From NCBI RefSeq assembly GCF_049510915.1, contig NZ_JBEKYN010000001.1: a stretch of DNA of 64,000 nucleotides; one strand, 5' to 3'. Under the pieces are notes generated by a model, which saw nothing but the letters and a program-made list of their open reading frames with translations, was not told where the DNA came from and did no database searches. Each line of letters starts with the position of its first letter. The stretch's first letter is position 1. Origin of the DNA: Methanoregula sp. GTDB lineage: Archaea > Halobacteriota > Methanomicrobia > Methanomicrobiales > Methanospirillaceae. Below are positions 38,669-48,076 of the stretch, piece after piece. The position numbers and the translations under genes are program-made.

Positions 38669-38968
38669 CCCTGACGGGATCGTTTCTCACAATATTTCTT
38701 ATTATGTGCATCTGTCAGGTATCATTGAATGGTAAATGTGAATCAGCAGATCTGATGCGGCATTATTGCGGATGAATAAGTGCAGACCGTTCTCGGCTAC
38801 CCTTCTGATTTCTTACCGGGGAGTTCCCTTGGTGCATAGTAATGTATGTGCAATGCATGTGCAATCTATTGTGAAACCTGATGTCTATATTTATACCCTA
38901 TTGTTTCCACTGGAAAATCAAAGAATTATGGTTTTTTTGGTTAAATACTGATAATCCACTGGATCTTT

Positions 38969-39151
38969 ATGGACAACCTGAAAGCAGAATACGAAAGGAA
39001 ATCAGATCGTATATACACGGATCACAACATCATAGTAACCGAGGAACCGATCAGCAAGATTAACTCTGAACGTCTCATGAACGGCATCTGTGGTCTCACC
39101 ATAGCGCTCATGATCCGGAACAGCCAGCCCTCCCGGCCCTGTTCATTGTAA
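38969..39151 (+). CDS. Hypothetical 60-aa protein
   Basis: ORF MDNLKAEYERKSDRIYTDHNIIVTEEPISK... lies downstream of a TATA-like ATATTTATAC (38887-38896). No family and no obvious RBS. Confidence 0.25.
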   Translation: MDNLKAEYERKSDRIYTDHNIIVTEEPISKINSERLMNGICGLTIALMIRNSQPSRPCSL

Positions 39152-39385
39152 AACCCGGTTCAGCCGGTCCTGCACTGCAGCCGCTACACTGTATAATTGA
39201 TTTCGCCGGCTATCCCGCCGAGACCGATGTGTATCGCGTGCCTGACGAAGGGTGTATGGATCATCCGGCCTGATCCCGTTCACGAAGAGCGGTTTCATGG
39301 TCGAAGTGAATGGGAACAGGCATTAAAAAAAGGATGTGGCATACTGGTGGGTGGTTTCAATTGCGCAAACCGCAATAAAAATGCA

Positions 39386-39459
39386 TGGGCCCGTCGTGAT
39401 TCGAACACGAGATCTTCGCCGTGTGAAGGCGACGTCATAGCCAACTAGACCACGAGCCC
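39386..39459 (-). tRNA. tRNA-Val (anticodon CAC)
   Basis: The reverse complement folds as a cloverleaf: acceptor GGGCTCG/CGGGCCC, anticodon arm TCGCC-TTCACAC-GGCGA, T arm TCGTG-TTCGAAT-CACGA. No encoded CCA. Confidence 0.9.
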
Positions 39460-39462
39460 TCA

Positions 39463-39533
39463 TGCATCGACCGGGAATCGAACCCGGGCTATAGGCTTGG
39501 AAGGCCTAAGTCATACCTCTAGACCATCGATGC
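39463..39533 (-). tRNA. tRNA-Gly (anticodon UCC)
   Basis: Acceptor GCATCGA/TCGATGC, anticodon arm TAGGC-CTTCCAA-GCCTA, T arm CCGGG-TTCGATT-CCCGG. A TATA-like CATTAATAAA lies about 30 nt upstream on the minus strand (39561-39570). Confidence 0.9.
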
Positions 39534-39752
39534 ACTGCGCTCTACAATTTTGGTGGGGAGGTTTATTAATGCTTACTTCTCCCGCACTGATCAATGTTTC
39601 CGGCCCTGCCTACACATCATGTGGTTTGTTCCTCATTCCGGCCGTACTCATGTCCAATGTCTTTGTCCTGTATCATAACGCACATCCCCGATAAGGGGGT
39701 AGACAAAAATGTGAAAATTCCTGGTAAATGCTGCCCGATAAAATATTATGGA

Positions 39753-40643
39753 TCAGTTTCCTCGAAGCTCGATCCCGATCTTTTCAAGCGCGGCGATCCG
39801 CTTCTCTATTGGCGGGTGAGTGGAGAAGAGTTCCATGATAGTGTTACCCGAAAGTGCCGGAATAATAAAGAATGCATTTGCGCCTTCAACCTTGGCTTTT
39901 GCCTGAGGGGGGACGACCTCCATCCTGCCACTGATCTTGTTTAAAGCCGAAATAAGCGCCTGAGGGTTTCTTGTGATGAGCGCACTGCCCCGGTCCGCCG
40001 CAAATTCGCGGTATCGGGAAAGTGCGAGGATTAACAGTGTGCTCAGCGCATAGACAATGATCGAGACGATCCAGACTACGATCCACCCTGCGCCATTGTC
40101 GCGATTATTGCCACCGAAGAGCGCGGAAAAGAAGAAACTCTGCATGATCATCGAGGCGATCATTGCGACGAAGCTTGCCATGGTCATCGTGAGAATGTCC
40201 CGGTTCTTCACATGCGAGAGTTCATGGGCGAGCACTGCCTCAAGTTCGTCTTTTGTCAGAAGGCGCAGGATTGAGTCGGTGCAGGCAACCACCGCATGCT
40301 TCGGACTACGACCCGTAGCAAACGCATTGGGCACCGGGCTCTGCATGATTGCAATTTTCGGCATGGGCAGGTCGGCCTCATGACATAGTTTCTCGACCGT
40401 GCGGTGAAGTTCCGGGTATTCGTCATCGGTTATGATGCGCGAATGCGTGGTCCAGAGCACCAGTTTGTCCGAAAAGAAATACTGGATAAAGCCCATTACC
40501 ACCGCTAGACCGACAATCAGCCAGATACTGACCCCGGGAAAGAACACCACGAGTACCGTCATGAACGCCAGGTAGAGGATGAACAGTAAAAATCCTGTCA
40601 GCAACACTCTGGTTGTCAGACCCCAGTCTCTTTTCCATTCCAT
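39753..40643 (-). CDS. htpX: Zinc metalloprotease HtpX (peptidase M48)
   Basis: HELSHVKNRD (HExxH) between TM helices, plus a second pair of helices and the REFAAD motif. Confidence 0.92.
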   Translation of the reverse strand: MEWKRDWGLTTRVLLTGFLLFILYLAFMTVLVVFFPGVSIWLIVGLAVVMGFIQYFFSDKLVLWTTHSRIITDDEYPELHRTVEKLCHEADLPMPKIAIMQSPVPNAFATGRSPKHAVVACTDSILRLLTKDELEAVLAHELSHVKNRDILTMTMASFVAMIASMIMQSFFFSALFGGNNRDNGAGWIVVWIVSIIVYALSTLLILALSRYREFAADRGSALITRNPQALISALNKISGRMEVVPPQAKAKVEGANAFFIIPALSGNTIMELFSTHPPIEKRIAALEKIGIELRGN

Positions 40644-40729
40644 AATTAGTACATTTCTGCTGCCGCCGCTCTTAAATCATTCGAAAATGGCAGTGTATAA
40701 CAATTACCCGCGCTCGTTTCACGTTCCGG

Positions 40730-41479
40730 ATGACCCTTGTTATCCATCCGGTGCGTGACAGGGAGTGCCGGACTGTCTTCATACCAAAACAGAAACTATT
40801 TTTCGGCATAACACCGGACTGGTACAATATGGACGAAGTCGATTCCGAGGCTCTGGCTGATGTGGCATACGGCATCTTCGATCACCTTCTCACCAGGAGA
40901 CTCCAGACGCAGGGAAAGTATCTCTATGCGCTCGTTGAAGGAGGCGTTGACTTCACCGCAGACCTGACTGAGACTGTTGAGCAGTTCACCGATGAATATC
41001 CGCAGCTCGCTGAGGCGCTCCTTGCACGGTTTGGCCCGGTCGACACGATCTACCGGATGCTCTGCGAGGGGGAAGGTGTCATTCCCTCAAAGACGACGCA
41101 GATGTACTGGATCGTGCAGGATGCTCCGGGCAGCGCACCCGAGGCAATTGAAGACGAGCATGCCGGCAAGTGGCTGATCTTTCAGGAACCCGAAGGGGCA
41201 GATGCCGCGTGGAAGAAAGTGCGGGACGCAACAGTTGCACATGATTTGGGTATCTCGGCAAAGGTCAGCACGGCAAAACCAAATCCGGATTCCCGGGACA
41301 GCCGCAGGGTTATTTATGTCTATACAAAGGACTGGGCAGACGAGGCTGATGTGATGCGGGTGCGGGAGAACCTCCGCAGGCTCGGGTTTGTTGACCGGAT
41401 CGGGTACAAGCGCAACCTCGAGACGTTTGCCGGCGAGTACGCGCAGAAAGGCAAACGGGTCACGTATTACTCTGCATAA
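40730..41479 (+). CDS. DUF1917/Bles03-like domain protein
   Basis: The C-terminal GKWLIFQEPEGADAAWKKV...GISAKVST...VIYVYTKDWADEADVMRV pattern is as I remember for DUF1917 (also annotated as a putative phosphothreonine-lyase domain). Alternative start at ATG 40829. Confidence 0.6.
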   Translation: MTLVIHPVRDRECRTVFIPKQKLFFGITPDWYNMDEVDSEALADVAYGIFDHLLTRRLQTQGKYLYALVEGGVDFTADLTETVEQFTDEYPQLAEALLARFGPVDTIYRMLCEGEGVIPSKTTQMYWIVQDAPGSAPEAIEDEHAGKWLIFQEPEGADAAWKKVRDATVAHDLGISAKVSTAKPNPDSRDSRRVIYVYTKDWADEADVMRVRENLRRLGFVDRIGYKRNLETFAGEYAQKGKRVTYYSA

Positions 41480-41540
41480 ATCTTCGGTTTTTGTACAAAT
41501 AAAGCAAAAAAGAAAAACTATATTGAGAGAGAAAATTCAG

Positions 41541-41687
41541 TTACGCTTTCCGCTCCTTGTTTTTCGGTCGCAGGTTCTTGTACCCGCACTTGCGGCATGT
41601 CGTGGCGCGGATCGCATTGCGTGCATTGCAATGCATACATATTTTCACGTTGAGTAACCGGGCTTCGGCTTCTGGGAACTTTGCCAT
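41541..41687 (-). CDS. rpl40e: 50S ribosomal protein L40e (48 aa, absent from the ORF track)
   Basis: Hand translation gives [48 protein letters not shown], matching the archaeal L40e zinc-ribbon protein. Confidence 0.9.
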   Translation of the reverse strand: MAKFPEAEARLLNVKICMHCNARNAIRATTCRKCGYKNLRPKNKERKA

Positions 41688-41764
41688 GGATATACACTCC
41701 TGTCTGCCCTTATAACAATGTTCTTTGATCTTTTAACCGTTTGTGTCTACCCGATATCGGTATC

Positions 41765-42313
41765 CTACCGGTTTACGAACCAGTCACGGAATGCCGTGAG
41801 TGCGCGTGCACGGTGGGAAATGGCGCTTTTGTCCTCAAGCGGGATCTCGGCAAGGGTCTGTCCGTTGACCTCAAAGATCGGATCATACCCGAATCCTCCG
41901 GTGCCCCGGGGCGCCATTATGATCCTGCCATCAATCGTGCCGGTGAAGATCTCAATTCCGGTTTCATCGGCAAATGCAATCGCGGTGGTGAACCGGGCAT
42001 TGCGATCCACAACACCGTCCATCAGCCTGAGGATACCGGTGTTGCCGATCGATGTGAGTACGTACGCCGCATATGGTCCCGGGAACCCGTTGAGTGCATC
42101 GATAGAGAAGGCAGTGTCGTCAACGATGAGCGGCACGTGCAGGTGATCGTATGCGAACTGGGCTTTCTCACGGGCGATTTTCTTGACATCATCGGAGCGG
42201 AGTTCCGGGATATCGAGCGCCACATGCCTGACCTCAATAGATCTGCCAAAAAATGCCGCGACCTCTTGTGCCTTGTGGGCATTGCTGGTGACGATGGTCA
42301 GGTTCCGGTTCAC
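41765..42313 (-). CDS. rdgB: Non-canonical purine NTP pyrophosphatase (RdgB/HAM1)
   Basis: IVTSNAHKAQE ... GFPGPY ... RGTGGFGYDPIF motifs. Confidence 0.9.
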   Translation of the reverse strand: MNRNLTIVTSNAHKAQEVAAFFGRSIEVRHVALDIPELRSDDVKKIAREKAQFAYDHLHVPLIVDDTAFSIDALNGFPGPYAAYVLTSIGNTGILRLMDGVVDRNARFTTAIAFADETGIEIFTGTIDGRIIMAPRGTGGFGYDPIFEVNGQTLAEIPLEDKSAISHRARALTAFRDWFVNR

Positions 42314-43893
42314 AGGTACCTCCCCCGGAGTTCTATCTCCTGCTCCCGGGCCAGCACCTCTTCTGCACCGGCAAATGTCTCCGCGTACCCCCGGGCAAAT
42401 GCCGCACTGAACACGCTAGCCTCGTTTGGGTTGGTGCTTTTGAGTGTCTGGAACATGACGTGGATATCAACGCCCCTCTGCTCGATCTCCGTAGTCACCT
42501 GCGATAAGCCGAAATCGATCAGCACGCACCTGCCGTCACCGTCACGCAGGATCATGTTGCTCGTGGTAAGATCCCCGTGCATGATGCCGGTCGTGTGCAG
42601 CCGGCCGACTATCCGTCCTGCCTCCTCGCAGTGCGCTTCCGTGAGATCTCCTGAAAGAAGCGTGCCGGTGATCTGCTCCATCACGATGGAGTCATGGGTG
42701 ATATCGCTTATAACTGGTGTGGGGACGCCTCCTTTGCGTGCCAAGTGGATAAGCCGGGCCTCAGCCCGGGTCCGTTCCGCGATCAGTTTTTTGTCAAGCG
42801 CCGGTACCCTGTACCGTTTGGATACTCGCTGCTTGATCGCGTTTCCGTTCCTGAAACTGACGATGGCCTCTGCCCCCCGTTTCTGCCCGGCGCTGCTGTA
42901 TTGTCCGCGATCCGGCGCGTGCGTGACTTCATGTTTCCAAGTGACCTCCACCTCATCTGAGCGGAAGGACGGGTTGACCTGTGAATTCTCGATAGCAAGC
43001 GACTGGCCGCTCTCGAGCATCAGTTTTCCCGTATAGGCGATCATGGCGCCATTGTCACCGAGATACTTTCGCTCTGGTACATAGAAACGTGCACCCCGCT
43101 CCTTGCACATGATCCCGAGCATCTCCTGCAGCCGGGCGTTGGCCCCTACGCCGCCGACAAGGAGCACCTCGTCTTTTCCGGTGAGCGAGAGCGCCCGTTC
43201 TGTCACTTCCACGCACATAGCAAACGCCGTCTCCTGTAGGCTGCAACAGACGTCGGGCAGCGGTTTTTTTGCATCCTTTGCGGCAGAGACCAGTCCGGAG
43301 AATGCAAGATCCATGCCCTTGACCGTGTAGGGAAGTTCAAAATAGTTCCCGGCTTTTGCCTGCGCCTCGATCAACGGCCCCCCGGGATGCGGGAGATCCT
43401 TTGCCCGGGCAAACTTGTCCAGCGCATTTCCTATGCCGATGTCGAGCGTCTCTCCAAATATGCGGTATCTCCCGTTGAGGTACCCGATTACCTGCGTATT
43501 TGCCCCGCTTGCGTAGAGTACAATCGGATCGCGGCAGCCGGTCGCCCAGCACCCGATCTCCACGTGGGCTACGCAGTGGTTTACTCCAACGAGCGGGACA
43601 TCAAGGGCCAGTGCAAGCGAGCGTGCAGCCGTTGCCACCGTCCGCAGGCAGGGTCCAAGCCCCGGCCCCTGCGAGAAGGCAATCCCGGTAACTTTCTCCG
43701 GATCTTCGAGAACCGAGGAGATGACTTCTTTTATCACCGACGCGTGGTGCTGTGCCGCCTCGCGCGGGTGAATACCACCGTGGGCAGGTAAATACGGGTG
43801 CGAATACAGCGCGAGAAGATTACGGTCAAAAAGAGCAGCACTGAGGTTCCAGGCTGTCCCCTCAATGCCAAGTATCTGCCCAAATGCAGGCAT
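42310..43893 (-). CDS. kae1: Bifunctional Kae1-Bud32: tRNA t6A threonylcarbamoyltransferase fused to a Bud32 kinase
   Basis: The N-terminal Kae1/OSGEP ASKHA domain (GIEGTAWN...GVNHCVAH) is fused to a C-terminal RIO-like kinase (HGDLTTSN, DFGLS), as in Methanocaldococcus MJ1130. Confidence 0.93.
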   Translation of the reverse strand: MPAFGQILGIEGTAWNLSAALFDRNLLALYSHPYLPAHGGIHPREAAQHHASVIKEVISSVLEDPEKVTGIAFSQGPGLGPCLRTVATAARSLALALDVPLVGVNHCVAHVEIGCWATGCRDPIVLYASGANTQVIGYLNGRYRIFGETLDIGIGNALDKFARAKDLPHPGGPLIEAQAKAGNYFELPYTVKGMDLAFSGLVSAAKDAKKPLPDVCCSLQETAFAMCVEVTERALSLTGKDEVLLVGGVGANARLQEMLGIMCKERGARFYVPERKYLGDNGAMIAYTGKLMLESGQSLAIENSQVNPSFRSDEVEVTWKHEVTHAPDRGQYSSAGQKRGAEAIVSFRNGNAIKQRVSKRYRVPALDKKLIAERTRAEARLIHLARKGGVPTPVISDITHDSIVMEQITGTLLSGDLTEAHCEEAGRIVGRLHTTGIMHGDLTTSNMILRDGDGRCVLIDFGLSQVTTEIEQRGVDIHVMFQTLKSTNPNEASVFSAAFARGYAETFAGAEEVLAREQEIELRGRYL

Positions 43894-43899
43894 CAGCGT

Positions 43900-44082
43900 T
43901 TATTTCTTGAATTCTGTGTATCCGCACTTTCCGCAGGCAACACGATCCTTGTGGTCGGCCATCATGACGCCGGGGCCGCAGCGGGGGCAGTACTTCTTGG
44001 TGGTGGTGACTTTTTCACCTTCAACCTTGAAGAACGCACTGCGTGACGGCCCTTTTACTGCTGCTTTCTTTGCTGCTGCCAT
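43900..44082 (-). CDS. rps27ae: 30S ribosomal protein S27ae
   Basis: Zinc ribbon [27 protein letters not shown]. Confidence 0.9.
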   Translation of the reverse strand: MAAAKKAAVKGPSRSAFFKVEGEKVTTTKKYCPRCGPGVMMADHKDRVACGKCGYTEFKK

Positions 44083-44084
44083 GC

Positions 44085-44384
44085 TTATGCCGCTCCTTCC
44101 TCTTTGGGCTTGGGCATGCCGCGTGCGGACAAGTACGGGCGTTCGGTCTTCTTCTTTGCATCTTCAGTATCGTACACACGCGCCTTGCCGGTGACTACAG
44201 TCTTGCCAAAATTGCTTTTCAGACTGTCAAGAACAACCTGTGGCTCTTTTGTATTGAGCAATGCGCACAGTTTGCCGATGATCTGCATGCGGGAGGGTGT
44301 AGCGCCATCGTATGTGAGAGTAAACTGAATCTCTCTCCGTGATAAAAGTTCATTCCTTTTATCGCTCTCGATTTTAAAGTCCAT
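44085..44384 (-). CDS. rps24e: 30S ribosomal protein S24e
   Basis: [31 protein letters not shown] matches the S24e N-terminus. Start moved to ATG 44384. Confidence 0.9.
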   Translation of the reverse strand: MDFKIESDKRNELLSRREIQFTLTYDGATPSRMQIIGKLCALLNTKEPQVVLDSLKSNFGKTVVTGKARVYDTEDAKKKTERPYLSARGMPKPKEEGAA

Positions 44385-44499
44385 CGATATCCTGTAATTA
44401 TTGGAAACCGTGTTATTTAAAACCAGAACCCTGCTTTTAGAAAAGAACAGAATACGCCTCAAAAATCAAAAAAGGGGAAAATATCCTGTTTTTTTAAGA

Positions 44500-44991
44500 T
44501 TATGCGCCGACCCGGACAAACAGCCCGAGAAGTTCTTGTGCGGCGGCTTTTGCTCCGGCATCAATCGTGCGGAGCACGATCCCTTTATGCGGCTGGCCAT
44601 AGAGCACGACTGCTGCTTCCGGTGCGGCGATCACCAGCGGGATCACGGCAAGGTCTTCCTCTCCATTGACCATGATGGTAACAGGAGTATGGTTAATCGC
44701 GTAGGTAAGCGCTTTGACCAGATCATCGGTGATGGTGCCGGCCGGGTTTTCTACACGGATACATTCACCGGAGAACTCCGGCATCCGGCTGCATGGTGAA
44801 CGCATTGTCTGGCCGTCCACCACGGCGATTGAGGGGGTGATCCCGTTTTTCTGCAGGGTGTGGGTAACAACATCCCCCACCGTATAGACCGTACGCCCGG
44901 CAAGTTCCGGGAGCACCGTGCTGATATCCCGGTGGAGTATTCCGAAGGGGCCCTTGAAGAGTTTGCGCGACTCTTTGGGAAGCACGAGCAT
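44500..44991 (-). CDS. DUF359 protein (GTP-dependent dephospho-CoA kinase family)
   Basis: VGDVVT motif and a conserved position between spt4 and rps24e, as in other archaea. Confidence 0.75.
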   Translation of the reverse strand: MLVLPKESRKLFKGPFGILHRDISTVLPELAGRTVYTVGDVVTHTLQKNGITPSIAVVDGQTMRSPCSRMPEFSGECIRVENPAGTITDDLVKALTYAINHTPVTIMVNGEEDLAVIPLVIAAPEAAVVLYGQPHKGIVLRTIDAGAKAAAQELLGLFVRVGA

Positions 44992-44992
44992 T

Positions 44993-45199
44993 TTAGCGAA
45001 CCTTTAACGCATAACGTCCGGGAAGCTTGATATTCATCCGTTTTGCCACGTCGGAATTTTCCGGGTCGATGATGACAAGATAGCCCGACCAGTCATCGCT
45101 TAAATTTGCCGTTCCGCAGATCACGCAGTTCTCGCCTTCAACCACCCGGTGGCATTCCCGGCAGACTTTACCCTGTTTTTTCTTATTCATCGGCGGCAT
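44993..45199 (-). CDS. spt4: Transcription elongation factor Spt4
   Basis: Zinc ribbon CRECHRVVEGENCVICG followed by DDWSGYLVIIDPENS. Confidence 0.88.
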   Translation of the reverse strand: MPPMNKKKQGKVCRECHRVVEGENCVICGTANLSDDWSGYLVIIDPENSDVAKRMNIKLPGRYALKVR

Positions 45200-45824
45200 T
45201 TTCTTTCCTCTTGCCTTTGGCCTTCACGGGCTTCTCCTTGGGGGCGCTCGTAACACCGGCGGCCGCTTTCTCTTTCTCCTTTTCGATCTCCTCTTCGAGC
45301 CAGAGCGCTGTGCCAAGGCCGGCCTGCCGCATGGTGAGCCCTATTTTGCTGTCCCGCGGCTCGCGCTCGTTTAAGGAGAGCGTTACCACGCGGACCCTGA
45401 CAATATCGCCGACTCCGATGAAGCGTTTGGATTCCTGGCAGATGAGCCGGGCGTTCTTCTCATCGAAGTTGATGTACTCGTCCGAGATCTGGCTCACGTG
45501 CAGCATGGCATCGATGGGCCCAAGGCTTACGAATGCCCCGAAACTCGTGGTCTCCACAACGAGCCCCTCAATAACTTCCTGCAGGGAGAGCCGGAGTACG
45601 AGCCCCTCAAATTTCACATCGTAATACACGCCGCCGTCACCGGGTACGATCTCGCCCTCACCGACGTCTTCAACTTTTGTGACAGCGATAAAGATCCCGA
45701 GTTCCTTATCGATACTCCCTTCGAGCTGCTCCTGAAGGACATCCAGAAGGACCTTTTCCAGTTTTTCGCCAAGCCGGGTGGGGGGCACCCTGACTTTGTC
45801 TTCCAGCATCATCTTGTAATACAT
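45183..45824 (-). CDS. rpoE: DNA-directed RNA polymerase subunit E' (Rpo7)
   Basis: The N-terminal MYYKMMLEDKVRVPP is followed by an S1-like domain (GLVVETTSFGAFVSLGPIDAMLHVSQI). Start moved to ATG 45824. Confidence 0.9.
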   Translation of the reverse strand: MYYKMMLEDKVRVPPTRLGEKLEKVLLDVLQEQLEGSIDKELGIFIAVTKVEDVGEGEIVPGDGGVYYDVKFEGLVLRLSLQEVIEGLVVETTSFGAFVSLGPIDAMLHVSQISDEYINFDEKNARLICQESKRFIGVGDIVRVRVVTLSLNEREPRDSKIGLTMRQAGLGTALWLEEEIEKEKEKAAAGVTSAPKEKPVKAKGKRKENAADE

Positions 45825-45831
45825 AACCCGC

Positions 45832-46212
45832 CTACCTTCGCAATATCTCAAGTTTTTTCTGTTTTCTCATGGATATAACCCCGATACCCTGTGCGAGCAG
45901 CGCGTCCCTGACCCGGCGGTCGTTGGTCACCACCAGACCCCCGTTGTCTGTGGCCCAGGCAATAACCTGATCGTCCACCGGAATGAATGAACCGGTGCCT
46001 TCCGCAACCGTGCACTGCCCCGTAAGCGCAAGCCCGAGCCGGGCCGCGGCGCCATCATTGCCTTTTGCCCGGGACAGCCCGGCCAGTTCCTGCACCACGC
46101 CGGGAAGCACCACCGGTTCAAAACTACCGAGCAGCTCGCGGATCTCACTGAAAAGATCGATCTTAAACTGCGCCGGCATCATGAGCGCGTTAGCGTCCAG
46201 CAGGACTTTCAC
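45832..46212 (-). CDS. PIN-domain protein (Fcf1/Utp24-like)
   Basis: MKVLLDANALMMP ... VVTNDRRVRD acidic PIN residues, in the conserved position between aIF2-gamma and rpoE. Confidence 0.8.
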   Translation of the reverse strand: MKVLLDANALMMPAQFKIDLFSEIRELLGSFEPVVLPGVVQELAGLSRAKGNDGAAARLGLALTGQCTVAEGTGSFIPVDDQVIAWATDNGGLVVTNDRRVRDALLAQGIGVISMRKQKKLEILRR

Positions 46213-47444
46213 TCGTTGAGGACACCCATTCCGATTAACCGCCAGCGTGCTCCCACCTGCCGGCTGATAGCGATCCGGGCTCCCTGCTCTGCGCAGACCG
46301 GACGCTTCAGCTGCACTTCGACTGCCTCTTTCTTTGTGCTTGTGACTACACCCACCGTGACCGCGGTACCGACGGAAAGCATGAGCGGTTCGTTGTATTT
46401 TAGGGGTTCAATGACAAGTTCGCTCGTTGCTCCCACGACCCGTTCCATCAGAGTGACCTGGCATTTGATCTTATCCCATACCGGGGGCAGTTTCCCGACA
46501 TGGCCGACGACCTGACCGGCCAGTGCATCGCTTTTGGTGAGCGCCGGGTCAAGTTTGGTCCCGACACCGAGAAGCCCCCCCGGTGTCGCTTCTTTTACAG
46601 TTTTTGTACCAGCGTTGATGGAGGTAACTTCTGTGATGATCGGGATCCACTTGATTCGGTTCTCGATCTGCGTCTGCCTGCCGGGCCGGATCTCAATAGC
46701 ATCGCCTTCGCGGAGGATGCCCCGGATAAGAGACCCTCCGACAACACCTCCTTTTACCTCCTTCCAGTTGCAGCCGGGTTTGTTAATGTCAAATGAGCGG
46801 GCAACAAGCATCACCGGCTCGGCTGAGGGGTCGCGGACCGGCTCGGGAATGGTCTGGTCCAATGCCTGCACCAGTGCTCCCATGTTGATACCTTTTTGGG
46901 CTGAGACCGGGATGATGGGGGCGCTCTCGGCAACGGTTCCTTTCACGAATGCCTTAATCTGCTGGTAATTATCGATCGCCTCTTTCTGGGAGACGACGTC
47001 AATCTTGTTCTGGACGATCACGATCTTTTTGATGCCGACAAGCCCCAATGCCATGAGGTGCTCTTTTGTCTGGGGCTGCGGGCATTTCTCCGTGGTGGAG
47101 ATGACCAGCATCGCCCCGTCCATCAGTGCCGAACCCGAAAGCATCGTCGCCATCAGGGTCTCGTGCCCGGGTGCATCCACAAAAGAGACGGACCGGAACG
47201 GAGTCCCGGTTCCGCCGCAGACCGGGCAGACCGGCTTTGTCGAGTATGCATCCGGGCCTTCGCAGTTCCCACACTTATAGAATGTTGCATCCGCGTAACC
47301 CAGCCGGATGGATATTCCCCGCCGCACCTCCTCACTATGCCGGTCCGTCCAGGTTCCGGTGAGCGCATTTACGAGCGTGGTTTTCCCGTGGTCCACATGG
47401 CCCACCACCCCGATATTTACACTGGGTATTGTCACATCATGCAA
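46209..47444 (-). CDS. eif2g: Translation initiation factor aIF2 gamma subunit
   Basis: G1 motif GHVDHGKTT, the zinc knuckle CGNCEG...CPVCGG, DAPGHE and NKID. The ORF-track start at 47444 is TTG, 10 nt after AAGGAGGT. Confidence 0.95.
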   Translation of the reverse strand: MHDVTIPSVNIGVVGHVDHGKTTLVNALTGTWTDRHSEEVRRGISIRLGYADATFYKCGNCEGPDAYSTKPVCPVCGGTGTPFRSVSFVDAPGHETLMATMLSGSALMDGAMLVISTTEKCPQPQTKEHLMALGLVGIKKIVIVQNKIDVVSQKEAIDNYQQIKAFVKGTVAESAPIIPVSAQKGINMGALVQALDQTIPEPVRDPSAEPVMLVARSFDINKPGCNWKEVKGGVVGGSLIRGILREGDAIEIRPGRQTQIENRIKWIPIITEVTSINAGTKTVKEATPGGLLGVGTKLDPALTKSDALAGQVVGHVGKLPPVWDKIKCQVTLMERVVGATSELVIEPLKYNEPLMLSVGTAVTVGVVTSTKKEAVEVQLKRPVCAEQGARIAISRQVGARWRLIGMGVLNE

Positions 47445-47481
47445 ATAAAATCGAACCTCCTTATCCTATTTCTAATAGGCA

Positions 47482-47508
47482 TACTTATACATAACCTGTA
47501 AAGGCTGG
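47482..47508. promoter_or_regulatory. Perfect 10-bp inverted repeat just upstream of the aIF2-gamma promoter
   Basis: AACCTGTAAA-ggctggt-TTTACAGGTT lies directly upstream (minus-strand sense) of TGTATAAGTATG and the AAGGAGGT RBS. Confidence 0.35.
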
Positions 47509-47599
47509 TTTTACAGGTTCGGGATGTTTTTTTACTGGCAACAAGTAATAAAAAAGGAAAAAAGCCGGTATCCCGGATACTGAAGTACCGTCGTGGGAA

Positions 47600-47911
47600 T
47601 TAGCCCCCGCCTTCACAGCTCTGGTCGATGTTTTTCAGGGCTTCCTGGAGTTCACTTCCTGCAGCAAATTCCCGCTCACGCCGGATCACTTCTTTCGCGT
47701 CCTCCTTAATGGCAGTGGTCGACTGCTTTGTGCGTTCTGCAGGGATCAACAGGTCAGTACGATAGAGAAGGTGCGTGCTGTCCAGCTCGGCAAACTGGTT
47801 TCCCGCCACCTGCTCAATCCGGACCACGGCACCGGTGGTCCCGGTGCGGGGATACCGCACCCGTATGCCAAGGGCGATCTCTTGAGCGAGCATACTAGAG
47901 AATGAGTTCAT
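47600..47911 (-). CDS. Conserved archaeal hypothetical protein (possibly DUF2098)
   Basis: 103-aa ORF followed by oligo-T runs. The family assignment is from memory only. Confidence 0.55.
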   Translation of the reverse strand: MNSFSSMLAQEIALGIRVRYPRTGTTGAVVRIEQVAGNQFAELDSTHLLYRTDLLIPAERTKQSTTAIKEDAKEVIRREREFAAGSELQEALKNIDQSCEGGG

Positions 47912-48076
47912 TGCAGTATAGAAATATTACGGCCGTCATGACACAATGGGTGTGCTTTTGGTGCATGAAAGTATCATAATTAAAAAAAAAATTTACCCCC
48001 TTATGGCAGATATACAAAAAAGCAGTTCCGATCCGTCAGAGGTATTCCCTCACAGCGAGCCCTCTAAAAAAAAAAA

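Noticed and set aside
39152-39385. Integrase gene or att direct repeat marking an integrated element at tRNA-Val
   Set aside because: Only a 38-aa minus-strand ORF (MKPLFVNGIRPDDPYTLRQ...) is present. No tyrosine-recombinase motifs were seen, and no copy of the tRNA 3' segment was found in 37907-39385 by eye.
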